A DNA stretch of 64,000 bases. Source: Eledone cirrhosa. Its lineage: Eukaryota. Below, piece by piece: positions 13,741 through 25,344 of this stretch. The notes beneath the pieces are model-generated. The model did no database searches, was not told the DNA's origin, and worked only from the letters and a program-made list of their open reading frames with translations. A program made the position numbers and the translations under genes. How positions within the stretch are numbered: the stretch's first letter is position 1; every line of letters starts with the position of its first letter. The stretch spans positions 1-64,000 of the forward strand of contig CAXHJY010001255.1 of assembly GCA_964016885.1 (NCBI GenBank), given 5' to 3'.

Positions 13741-15504
13741 GACACATTTTATTATTTTAATTTAAACCATAAGATGAACGCATTTTAAATACCAAAGAGT
13801 AAAAGGAAATTGAACGAAATAATCCACACTGACAGGCAGAATTAAAATATTAGATCATAAGGGCTCCCATGCTGCAACCAAATATCAAAATGCTTTCCAA
13901 CAACAAGCAGTCACTACAAAGTCGTTAGCTTTAAAATTGATTTTTTTTTTTCGTCCTTTTGATAATTAGTACATAGTAATTCGATTTTTACAAAATAATA
14001 CAGATTTTAAGAATATATAATTATGATTTCTTGAATGCAGCCTTATCATATTACAAGTAACTTAATGTGGCCTTTCAACATGGAAAGGTTCCCCACCTCT
14101 AGTATATACTAAAGTTCTGTAAATGTTTTATAATGTTCATAGAATACATTTTTCTATTATTTTCTTTATTATTATCTGTATTTAGAATATCTAAATTTTA
14201 AAAAATTGTTATGCAATATCTAAATAACTTTAACCAACTGGGAAGAGGGGAGGCTAAGAGGCCACTAGTATAGATATTAGTAAAAGGATGTCAGAAATAT
14301 CATACAACATAAAAAAAAAAACAAATAAAAATTATTTACAAACCACTCAACACAGAGCGTAGACTGATCTTCAAGAAGGAATTCTTAGGTGCTGCCTGGA
14401 CAAGTTACTACAAGGGGTCACTGCAATGATATAGAGAGATGTAACATTATAGATTGAAGTGAAGAGAGAGAGAGTGGGGTAGAGAGGAAAACAGACAGTA
14501 CTTATATTACGAACACACATTTTTATCAAAAGCAAATTCAACCCCATTGGAATTTGAAACTATCTGAAGCCAACATAGAAAGGCAGGTGTATCATCATCA
14601 CTGTTTAATGTCCATTTTTCCATGCTTGCATGGGTTAGACAGGTTGTCCACACTGGAAGGCAAGTCTGGCCACGGTTGGCCATGTGTCACACCTTGCTCT
14701 GGCGAGGACTGTAAATTTGGTTGGCTATTTTACAGCTGGATGCCCTTCCTAACACCAACCATGTTTACAGGTGTATGATGATGGTAAATAAACAAATTAA
14801 CCAAATAAACAACAATAACAAAAGCTAGAGATTAAGGTGTTGGGACCATGATTGTAACGTCATGTGTCCTCAAACAAAGCACTTAATTTTCATGGTGCTC
14901 AAATCCACTTCACAGAAGAAAAAAGTGAGTACTAGCAGCAGCAACAGGGAGTGTCCTACTCAGGGAGCAGTCTTGTATTCTCAGTCATTTATCATGTAAT
15001 AATTTAGCAGAAAATATCTAAAAACCGGCTTCTTAATTCAAATGTTCACAATATCTTTACTAGCGAACAGATTGTGAAAATTTGCAGTATTAAACTAGCA
15101 ACTTTAATTTTTAGTGTGATGCAATGAAGTGTCGCTTTCTACTTTCCAAAAATATATTAGCAATGTGGTTTCATGTGGTACATGACGTTATGAGTTAGGT
15201 ATATGAAACTGGCTTATGTTCCGGCTTGATGAGCTTTATGCTTAAGAAAGACTTTAACATAACTGTTGTTGTCATTGATGTTATTTAGCGCCATGTCGAA
15301 CCTAATTAATATGCACGATCAAAAAGGTATTCTACCTATGACTATCCAATGTTTTCCAAACTCAGTAAACCCAATGTCTTGTTTTTCATTTACCAAGAGA
15401 TAGTTAGCAGACCAAGCAGCCATGTAGAGACTTTCTCATTGGTTAAAGCATGATGTCATCAGACACTCAGCACATGTTTTAAAGTACGATGAGAGAGAGA
15501 GAGA

Positions 15505-16225
15505 TCAATGAGGTGCCAAAATGTAGAGGCGGATCAGGTGAGATGCCTAGATGAAGGGGATCAGAAGAGGTGCCTAGATTTAGAGGAAGATCAGATGACA
15601 TGCGTAGATGTAGGGTAGAATCAGATGAGCTGCCTAGATGTAGGGTGGGATCAGATGAGGTACCTAGATGTAGGGTAGGATCAGATGAGGTACCTAGATG
15701 CAGGGCAGGATCAGATGAGGTACCTAGATGCAGGGCAGGATCAGATGAGGTGCCTAGATGTAGGGCAGGATCAGATGAGGTGCCTAGATGTAGGAGGATC
15801 AGATAAGGTGCCTAGATGCAGGGTAGAATCAGATAAGGTGCCTAGATGTAGGGTAGGATCAGATTAGGTGCCTAGATGTAGAGAAGGATCAGATTAGGTG
15901 CCTAGATGTAGGGTAGGATCAGATTAGGTGCCTAGATGTAGAGAAGGATCAGATAAGGTGCCTAGATGCAGGGTAGAATCAGATAAGGTGCCTAGATGTA
16001 GGGTAGGATCAGATTAGGTGCCTAGATGTAGAGAAGGATCAGATAAGGTGCCTAGATGCAGGGTAGAATCAGATAAGGTGCCTAGATGTAGGGTAGGATC
16101 AGATTAGGTGCCTAGATGTAGAGAAGGATCAGATTAGGTGCCTAGATGTAGGGTAGGATCAAATTTGGTGCCTAGATGTAGTGAATCAAATGAGGTACCT
16201 AGATATAGGGGAGGATTAGATGAAG
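15505..16225. repeat. 30-bp minisatellite, ~23 copies
   Basis: Unit approximately GTGCCTAGATGTAGGGTAGGATCAGAT(G/T/A)AG. Confidence 0.95.
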
Positions 16226-19208
16226 GGAATTAGATGAGGCACAGAGGGAGAGACAAAGGCAAATTATCCAAAGCTGGGGGGGGGGGGAGTGAGAGTGCTA
16301 GTAGGGAGTAAGGGGGAAAAGAGAAAAATGCTAAGGAGGCAGTAGACAGGACATAAGGTATATGAGGGGAGGGGGATATGACCATGTGTGTGCAGTTAAG
16401 AGTTTTACAAAACATACACCAAAACTGGCCACTGTTGAGAGAGAGAGCGAGAGAGAGAGAGAGAGAGAGGTGGTTGTCAAAGAATCATGGTGGTAGTTGT
16501 AATAATTTAACCATCATCATGATTATATGGTGGTGGGGTGATCTTAAGCAGGAGGTGTATTAACCAGTGGTGGTGAATTAACCAGGGTAGAATAGTTGGA
16601 GGGGGCAGCTGTCTACAGAGGAGGAGGAGTAGAATGAGAAAGGTAAAGAGAGAGAAGGGGGTGATAGAGAAGGAGAGAAAAGGACTCTCCTGACCCAACA
16701 CCATACCTCTCTGCACTGACAGCTGAAAAAGAAATGCATATGAATTAATGGAAGGGATGTGGGGAGATGGAGGAGTGGAATAAAGGACTTGGGGAAGGGA
16801 CTAATGGAAAAGGGGTGGGAAATACAAGTGAGAAAGACAAAGAAATGGTCAGAGACAGAGGGAATGGGTAAAGCAAAAAAAAAAAAAAAATAATAATACT
16901 AGACATTCAGACACATATTTGCAATAAATTATGGATTATAGAAGCCCTTAATATATATGTATATAAAGTCAGAGGAAACATATATATTTAAACATAAGCA
17001 TAGATACATATATGAGTGTGGCCCACCTTCAACGATGTGGCTCAATGAATGATTAAATTAAATAAACCATTAATCAGAGCTACATAAAATTATAAGTTTG
17101 AAGAACAGAAAGATAAAATCTACCTAATATATGTATGTATGTAAATTATCAACAGCCACAAAACATGATAAAGCTAGCATATGCAAATTATACCACCACA
17201 CTCAGGCATGCATAAATCACTGAACACACACATACACAATGCCCATGAATGACAAATAAAAAAAAAAAAAAAATAAGAGGAAGGGGAGAGCATGAAGCTC
17301 TAGACATCAAAGTGGTAGTGGTAGTGTTGGTAAATGATATGCGCATATGTATGGCTCTGATTATAACAGAGTGACCGTGACTTACAAACATCACCTCCAA
17401 ATAAGGATAATCTCCAATGAGGTCAACTGCCTTGCTAGAAATAGAATTCAAATCTCTCACATATTCCACTGTATTGCAGGGACAGTCATGTCTGGAATGC
17501 CTTTGGAGTCTAGACATATGCAGATAAAAACCGGAGCTAAGTTTCACTGCTTTGCATTAAATTGTTGACTTAACATTGTTGGAGAATATGTGCGATGGGG
17601 GAGGGGGGCTCTATATGGGTGCTCAACTTCAAGAAATAGTTGCCAAATCTACCTCCATATCATATCCAATTATTAGTTTTAATAGTTGATCAATCTAATA
17701 GAAGTAACAACCAAATCTCCCTCAGATCACACACTCCTGTCTTTAAAAAAAAATGTAATCCTGGATACACTGCCTGGAAAAAAAAGAAAAGAAAAAAGAC
17801 AGGATAATCATGGCTCATGCCTTTAATCATAGGTGTTTGATTAAGGTAGACCTGAGACTAAACTGAAAATATTGGTGATCCTGCTGAGATCAACTTAGCT
17901 TCTACTTTTGTGCATTGAAAACAAAGTGCCATTCATGTGCAGGGAGTTATACCTCTTCCTATAAATATCTGGCCTTGTGCTTAAATTATAAAATTATATA
18001 GTGTTATAGGAGAAATAAAGGCAGCAAATTGGTAGAGTTGTTAGAGCTGCATCAGTATTTTTTCTGGCTCACTGTGCACATTTCATGGACTGACTCAAGG
18101 CCATGGTAAATGACACTTGCCCAAGATGCTAAACAGTGGGATTAACTTCTAGACCTAATGATTGCAAAGTGAACTTAACCAGTTGCATTCATTGTGACAA
18201 TACTTTGCACAAAAACACCTAAAGTTTGAAGTATAGTGGTCAGGCTATTCTTATGAAGTTAAGGGCTACATAGCTATTCAAAATGTGTAGAGATAGAGAA
18301 TTTTTAAAAGAACAGGCTTCATTTGTGACTCAAACAGATGGATCATATCCATCTTAATTATATTGGATTACTGTTTATCAGATTTCTTCTCAGGGTGGCC
18401 AGAGGTTATTTGTACACCTGAAAGGTAGAGTTCAATAGGAAATAAAGTGCTACGTTCAATTTTCTCTTGGAATAGTGAGTCAAAGGTTTCGATTTCAGAT
18501 AACTCCCCAAAATTTCATAATCTGTTGTTAATTACAGAACATTGGTTGATTTCTTACAAAATATCTCAAATGGAATTACAAACAAAATGCGAGAACATTT
18601 TCAGCCCTTTTTTGTGGCTTAGTTCTCACATTATTCCACAAGCTAACCCTTCTGCATAGATGAAGGTGGAGGCTCAAATTCATGCATCCTTAACCATGTC
18701 CTAGACCATAGAGGAACAGTTGTAGGATAAAAAATAATAATGGTTGAATACTAGAAAATGCAAACTTTGTGGGGTATTTTGGAAACAACCCCACTATCAT
18801 AAAAATAATAGAATTGGGATTTTAGTTCATGCAGTCCAAATCAGATCGAAATACAGATCACTTGAAACAAGTGAGGCTGACAATGATGGCTATGTGGAAC
18901 AGCAGATCATCATCATTGATTAATGTCTATCTTCCACGCTAGCATGGGTTAGACGGGTTTGTCCCATTTAGAGGCAAGTTGGGTCGGGTGACCATGCCTC
19001 GTTCACACAGGAAGGGCATCCAGATGTAGAAAACTAGCCAGAAATACTAATGCCAACCACATTGACAGTGTGTGTGTGTGTGCTGGGTCCTTTTTGTCGT
19101 AACACCTACATAATCACTTTACAGTGTGGGCTGGATGTTTTGTGGTACCAGCATAATACATATATATATATATTATTACTAGAATTCTATAAGAATCAAA
19201 CATTCATG

Positions 19209-19303
19209 ATTTTCAGCAAACAGGCGGAGTACTTAGCTTTGATAAGCACCAAAAAGTGCGAAACAGAGCTCTGTCAGCTTTATCTCCTCTGTTTGCTGAA
19301 AAT
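19209..19303 (+). ncRNA. Type I hammerhead ribozyme with U3-A8 variant core
   Basis: AGCT-TTGATAA-GCAC CAAAAA GTGC-GAAA-CAG AGCT CTG-TC^AGCT; the extended stem I is ATTTTCAGCAAACAGG/TCTGTTTGCTGAAAAT. Confidence 0.8.
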
Positions 19304-19527
19304 TAAAGTAAGTGAGACTGTCGCTACTCTAAAACAATAGCCTAAGGTCTTCGAAATGCTTTTAATTAAGCATACAGTGTATTGCAAAATACACTATATA
19401 TACATTCATATATATATCGCTATTTCAGAGCACCAATTCTAATTTTCAATTTCTGCTTGACCGGCAACCGCTCTGTATAATCAGTTCCTGATTATTACTA
19501 GAATTCTATAGGAATCAAACATTCATG

Positions 19528-19622
19528 ATTTTCAGCAAACAGGCGGACTACTTAGCTTTGATAAGCACCAAAAAGTGCAAAACAGAGCTCTGTCAGCTTT
19601 ATCTCCCCTGTTTGCTGAAAAT
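19528..19622 (+). ncRNA. Second U3-A8 hammerhead copy with G12->A change (likely inactive)
   Basis: Same fold, but GTGC-AAAA replaces GTGC-GAAA at 19579, consistent with CpG decay. Confidence 0.7.
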
Positions 19623-19720
19623 TAAAGTAAGTGAGACTGTCACTACTCTAAAACAATAGTGTAAGGTCTTCGAAATGCTTTTAATTAAGCATACACTGTA
19701 TTGCAAAATACACTATATAT

Positions 19721-19758
<38 letters not shown>

Positions 19759-19950
19759 CACATATGATAATGATACACACATATATATATTTGCGTGCAT
19801 ATACATATATACCATATATATGTAATGTACATACACATATCAAACATACACATATATATATCATCAACCTCGTCAAGTAATGTCCATTATTCATGGGTAG
19901 GGCGGATTCACCCTTAGGGAAAAAAACAGTTCAGAGGACCATGTTTAGCT

Positions 19951-20254
19951 CACCGAGGTCAACTTTGTCTTTCATCCTTACGGGGTCGATAAAATAAAGT
20001 ACCAGTAATGTACTGAGTAATTGCTTGCCTTGTGCCAAAAGTAGAAAATTATTTATAAAGGCGGTGGATTGGCAGTATCATTAGAGAGTCGGACGCCATG
20101 CTTTGCAGCATGGAGTTATGGGCCTTTACGATCTGAGTTCAAATCCCGCTGGGGTTAACTTTGCCTTTCATCCTTACGGGGACAATAAAATAAAGTATCA
20201 GTAATGCACTGGGATAATTGCTGGCCTTGTGCCAAAAAGTAGAAACAATTATTT
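19951..20254 (+). mobile_element. tRNA-derived SINE (full copy 20058-20254 plus upstream 3' half)
   Basis: A-box-like TGGCAGTATCATTAG, B-box GAGTTCAAATCCC and body TTTGCCTTTCATCCTTACGGGGTCGATAAAATAAAGTACCAG; multiple copies in the window. Confidence 0.8.
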
Positions 20255-20673
20255 AAAAGAGATAAAGCAGGTAGGATTGTGTGGTGGAATTCATGGCTTT
20301 CCCAGGTGAACTTAGTAGTTTAACCGCGTCTGAGCAAGCTTATATTCAAAGACACTCCATCCATAGCAATCACATTACTTATCTTCAGAAATAGTAATAT
20401 CTATGACTACATTATTCAAAGTCTCATTTTTAAAAAAGAATTTTAGGGAAAGAAGATTTTGCTGTTATTTCTAGCAGGTTGAGCACCACTAGGGAGACTT
20501 CATATCTAGAATCTGACAATGTTCTATGTTTCAAGGACTACATCAAGCAATATGATATTTTTTAAAAGACTAGGGTGCTTGATTTTAAACAATGGATATT
20601 TTGCTGTCATTTGTAGCATGATGAGTCTACCATATGTAGGTGCAATAGTCAGTTTTCCTTGAAACTGGCATAC

Positions 20674-20833
20674 AGACTTTGCTGCAGATTTGTCTGCTAT
20701 CACAACATGTTTGCTACCACCAACACCACCACCAATCTCTGTTTCTACTTCTACAACTGCTACTACAACTTCTATAAGGGGTGGGGTATGTGGAGGGGGT
20801 GTTGGGGTTGGTACTGGTGGTAGTCTTTTATAT
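20674..20833 (-). CDS. Candidate host exon (proline-rich, YKRLPPVPTPTPPPHTPP...)
   Basis: AG acceptor at 20834-35 and GTATGC donor at 20668-73 enclose an open frame in unique sequence. No homolog recognised. Confidence 0.3.
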
Positions 20834-21364
20834 CTTCAAATAGATAGCAATTCCCAAATATTGTCAGAAAGTATAGCAGTTTATTGGAAAATTATCAACT
20901 TCAATAGAGTGGCAATCTTTTTAGTACTCATGCCAAACAGAAGTAACAGAGAGGGAGAGATAGAGGAAAGAGAGAGTGTGAAAAGGAGAGATGGGGGAGG
21001 GATGGAGGAGAGAAAAAGAGATGGGGGAGACAGAGAGAGAGAGACCCGGGGGGGGGGGATACAGGGAGAGAGACGGAGAGGGCAGGGTAGAGTAGAAAGA
21101 GGGGGGAGGGAGAATGATGCAGCAGTGTAATGTTAAAGCATGTGAAAATGAGGGTGGAGGTGAATGAGAGTAAGATCAAACAGTTCCAATAACACTTCTC
21201 ATTCTTTGGAATGTGTCATATCATGATAGTAGTAGTTGATACACACACACACATACATACATACATACATACATACATACAACATATACACACATACACA
21301 TTCATACACACACATACATACACATGCATATATACATACATACACATACATATATACATAGATA

Positions 21365-21517
21365 CTGTATTTCCCTGCATCTAAGACACTACTTTTTTCC
21401 TAAAATAAGTCTAAAAAATTTACCATGAGCCCTGGAGGACGAAAGTTTATTATTGTTTTCAAATTTGTGCTTGTCAAAATTAGAATGCGTCCTCGAGGAC
21501 AAAGCGGGGAAATACGG
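21365..21517. mobile_element. Tc1/mariner-pogo-type MITE
   Basis: TA-CTGTATTTCCCTGC ... GCGGGGAAATACGG-TA terminal inverted repeats with TA flanks. Confidence 0.7.
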
Positions 21518-21546
21518 TACATATAATATACATACATACGTATATA

Positions 21547-21916
21547 TGATGGCTTCCTCCTCATTATCGAGTATGCCCATTACGCGATATAACATTATTA
21601 ATAATTATCAATTGATTCTATCGTACAATGCCTGTGCGTGAAGATTTTTTTTAAAGTGAGGAAAGACTGAGCCAATCCCATTCTCTGAGCAACAATAGCT
21701 AGAACCCGAAAAGAAGAATAGATCAACGTCATTGGTAACTACTGAGCTGAGGGATTTGTCGGAGTTATCCCAGTTTCCTGAGTTGCCTTCTCCTAGAAGA
21801 ATACCCTGACAAAGTCTAGGGGCCCTTCACTCCCATGGTTTAACCGCGCGATCAGGTATCCAGCCCGATTATTTTTATCTCCCTGCGAATTTACATACAC
21901 ATGCATACATGTATGT

Positions 21917-21955
<39 letters not shown>

Positions 21956-22175
21956 CATACACGTATATACATATTTATACATTATTGGAGGGCCGTTGAC
22001 TCTTATGAGTTCTTCTGCCCTTTCTCAGGTTTTGTTTTTTTCCTGCAGGGTGTCCAAAATCACCCTTGTCACCAAGTAAACTTGGTGGGGTTGCCGGTTT
22101 AATCACTGATGACCCGACCATGCGAGAGGTTGTTCTGGGTTACATGTTACTAGTAACACTCAAGAGTGACCCGAC
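21547..22175 (-). mobile_element. Non-autonomous element ending in the RTE 3' terminus
   Basis: Homologous segments at 28438-28740 and 54575-55137; shares the terminal motif with 1380-1418. Confidence 0.55.
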
Positions 22176-22344
22176 ATAATACATATATATATATATACAT
22201 GTATACATATTTTCTGAAGTATACATCGGCTGAGTAGCCTCATTTGCATACCAAGCGAGTTACGGCCGGCCTTATTGAAAATTAAAAATAAAATTAGAAT
22301 TTTATTTCTTACCCTAGTACAGCTGATACATAAATGTAAGTATG

Positions 22345-22375
<31 letters not shown>

Positions 22376-22376
<1 letters not shown>

Positions 22377-23280
22377 CTAGCATTAAAGCCTGGCGTTGCT
22401 CGGGGTCAGTAAGTTACCAAAGTTAGGTTGCACCACCCATTTTATGGCAGCACTTTTTTGTCTGCCAGGCACTGGGTGAATGAATTGCAGACCTGGACTG
22501 CCGAAGCAGGAGCTGCGCCAGCAGTGACAATTGTAGTTTCACCTATGGATGTTATCTCTGTGCAAAGAAGTGTTGAAATTTATTGTTTCACAGTACTTGC
22601 GCAACACGCGCGTAGACGATGCCAGCCGAACAACAGAGCTGCGATGGAGTTGTTCTGCATGGTTGTCTAATGTGTGTTTTCTAAATTTAAGACAGTAGGG
22701 AGGGGTGTGATATGGGGGAGAGTTAGCTGCTGTTTCTAGCAGGTTTAGTGACCTCATAGAAGATATTATTGTGTATAGTAAATAAACTGATACTTCTTTC
22801 TTCCACGTTCGTTGAGAGATGTTTTAAAAAAGATTTATCACTATTTTTTGTTGTTGAATAAATTTATCTGTTGCTTTTGAATAATTGTTGTTTCGACTCA
22901 AAAACAAACGTTCTCTCTCTCTTCTCTCTCTCCTTCATTTCTTTCTCTCTTCTTCGGCGTTCCTAAAGGAAGTTTGTAAGTTTAAGCGTATATAAGAGAA
23001 AGTTGCAGCATGTATGTAGGTTTATCGAATTTTAATGGGAGTAGAGAGAGGGAATCAGATTGTATTAGAGGGGTAAAGCGTCATGTATTTAGTTTTATTG
23101 ATTATTTCTGTAATTGTGGGTGAGTTTGAAATAAATAAATAGTCGTTGACCTAAGTTAGTCTGTAAGAATGTTGTAAATGGTCTGAGTCGAATCGGTTTG
23201 AAATTGTGCAAATGTATAAACATGGAACATGCACACACACACACACACAACAACAACAATCTGCTTTTATAGATAATGAT
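22376..23280 (+). mobile_element. Helentron/DINE-like non-autonomous element
   Basis: ACTAGC..CCTGGCGTTGCTCGGG start; (CA)n..CTGCTTTTATAGATAATGAT end. Confidence 0.55.
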
Positions 23281-24274
23281 ATATATACGCTAATATATAT
23301 ATATACACACACACACACTGATATGCTTCGAGTCCGCCCTGTTAAGTGATAGTGCTGGTGCCATAGTGAAACGTAATCAACCTACTCTATACTGTGGCAG
23401 TGCAGGTGCCAGGATAAAACGTACTCAGTGTACACTATAAAATGGTTGGCTTTCAGAAGAGCATCCAGCTGTAGAATCATTTTATGTGAAACTGAATGTA
23501 TGTTTATTATAAGTAAACATTGTATATAGGTTTATAAACACCATCATTCTGCATTATGCTGCTTTAGTGTACTTGCCGATTGACAACATCATCTGGGCCT
23601 TGCTGCATTTAGAGTTCACTGTTTAAGCATTTGGGGCAAGGACACTTATTCCTCACATCAGTCTTGGAGGAGGAGGAGGTAGAGAAAAAAAAGTATATAC
23701 ATATAGTTTCAGTCTGAATATGATGACTAGGGAAAAAACTTTAATCAACTAAGATAATGTTTGCAATTTCATGACTGAAACTTGTTTGGGGCATGGTCAG
23801 ATCTTGATAAGCAAGTAGTTGATAGAATTTCTATAGCTTTTGGAATAAATTTAGACGATGTAGTGGAAACTAGTTTGGATCACCAGTCTGTCTTAAGGTT
23901 AATCCCAGTTGCTGCTGGTTTTCATTTTCAACTGATTGGACTGGAGAAACATGGAAGGAAGTGTTTTGCCCAAGGAAATGAAGCACTGCTTGGTTCTGGG
24001 TTGAAACCCATGACTCTACAATCACGAGATCAACACCCTATCCACTAGTCCACACATCTTAATATTGATTGTAAATTTACTAATTTCAAATTCCCCACAA
24101 TCGCTCTTTCCTACTCTATTATTATTTCCCCTGCCTCACACCAACTTTAGTTAGGATAAGACATATTCTACCTGTCTCAGCCTGTCTGGCCTAGAAAATA
24201 CAAGTACCAAATACTACATACTTCACCTGTAATTTTAGTGATTAATTAAGACTGAGATTTAAATATCTTATCTA

Positions 24275-24565
24275 TATATTCCCAGTCCCACACTGTAAAT
24301 GTGGTTGGTGTTAGGAAGGGCATCCAGCTGTAGAAAACCCGCCAGACAGTCCACGCTGTAATGTGGGCGTGTAGGCAACACGGTAAAAACCTCCCAGCCC
24401 CACACTGTAAATGTGGTTGGTGTTAGGAAGGGCATCCAACTGTAGAAAACCCGCCAGACAGTCCTATGCGAGCAAGACAACCACTCTTGCCTCAAGTGGG
24501 AAAACTCCCGTCCAAACCCATGCAAGCGTGGAACATGGACGTTAAACGATGATGATGATGATGAA
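24275..24565 (+). mobile_element. RTE 3' UTR fragment with internal duplication and (GAT)n tail
   Basis: Reverse complement of part of 6645-6870; CACACTGTAAATGTGGTTGGTGTTAGGAAGGGCATCC occurs twice. Confidence 0.85.
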
Positions 24566-25344
24566 AGTTGTAGTTCCTGTCTGTTTGTTTGTTCACAAAC
24601 TCCTCCTATGGTTTTAGAGATAGCCCCCCATAACCATATATATTCTGAAACTACATTGCCCAGGGTACTTGGATAAGTATATTTCATTTTAATCAAAGGG
24701 TTCCCCAGGGCACAAACGCCTGCTGAAAATTTTTTCCCTTTGATTTATATGAAATTTAAACCATAGGTAAATGACAAGATATGCATATTCACAAAATTTC
24801 AGCAAATTTTAATAATATTAGGACACCCTAATGGGGGTTAAATGCCCTATAGTGAAAATTTTGGAAGCCCATAACTTGAGTATTGGAACCTCTATTATCA
24901 CAGGGTTTTTCTACTAATTAAACGTAAATCAACAAAAAAAGCACCTCTCTTCTATAGTAAAATTTGGCTAATTTAGACTTTATCTATGGCAAAACATCAC
25001 TAGAATTATGACAACAAAAATTATTAGTTAATGCCTCTACTTTTTTAACAATTTCTCTTTATTTTTTCATCATAAATTATATCACTGATTGAAAATCAAT
25101 GATCATTTTCTTACAAAAAAAAATGTGTGAAACGCAGCAAAGTGTGGGTTATTCGGCTAGTAGTCAATAAAAGAAAAGGCAAGTTTTGTAACAACTTCAG
25201 TTTGAAAAAAATCTCTGGTTTAGCTAAATCAACCCAACATTTTTGGCAGGCTAGAATTATAGATTGAAAATATTGTATAATAAACACTTTTTCTTTCTCA
25301 TTCACTATCTCCTCCTCTCTCTCTCTCTCCCAACCACCAGTCAA

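Larger units (their letters stand above)
19172..19727 (+). mobile_element. Tandem ~235-bp direct repeats (period 319 bp), each with a hammerhead; retrozyme/pLTR-like
   Basis: 19172-~19408 matches 19491-~19727 with few substitutions. Confidence 0.85.

Noticed and set aside
15570-15867. Repeat-peptide ORFs (EVPRCRVGSD)n
   Set aside because: By-product of the 30-bp minisatellite; a 29-bp unit and stops break the frames.
22105-22140. CTGATGA followed by GACCCGACC as a hammerhead
   Set aside because: No GAAA or stems, and the homologous copy at ~55105 lacks the motif.
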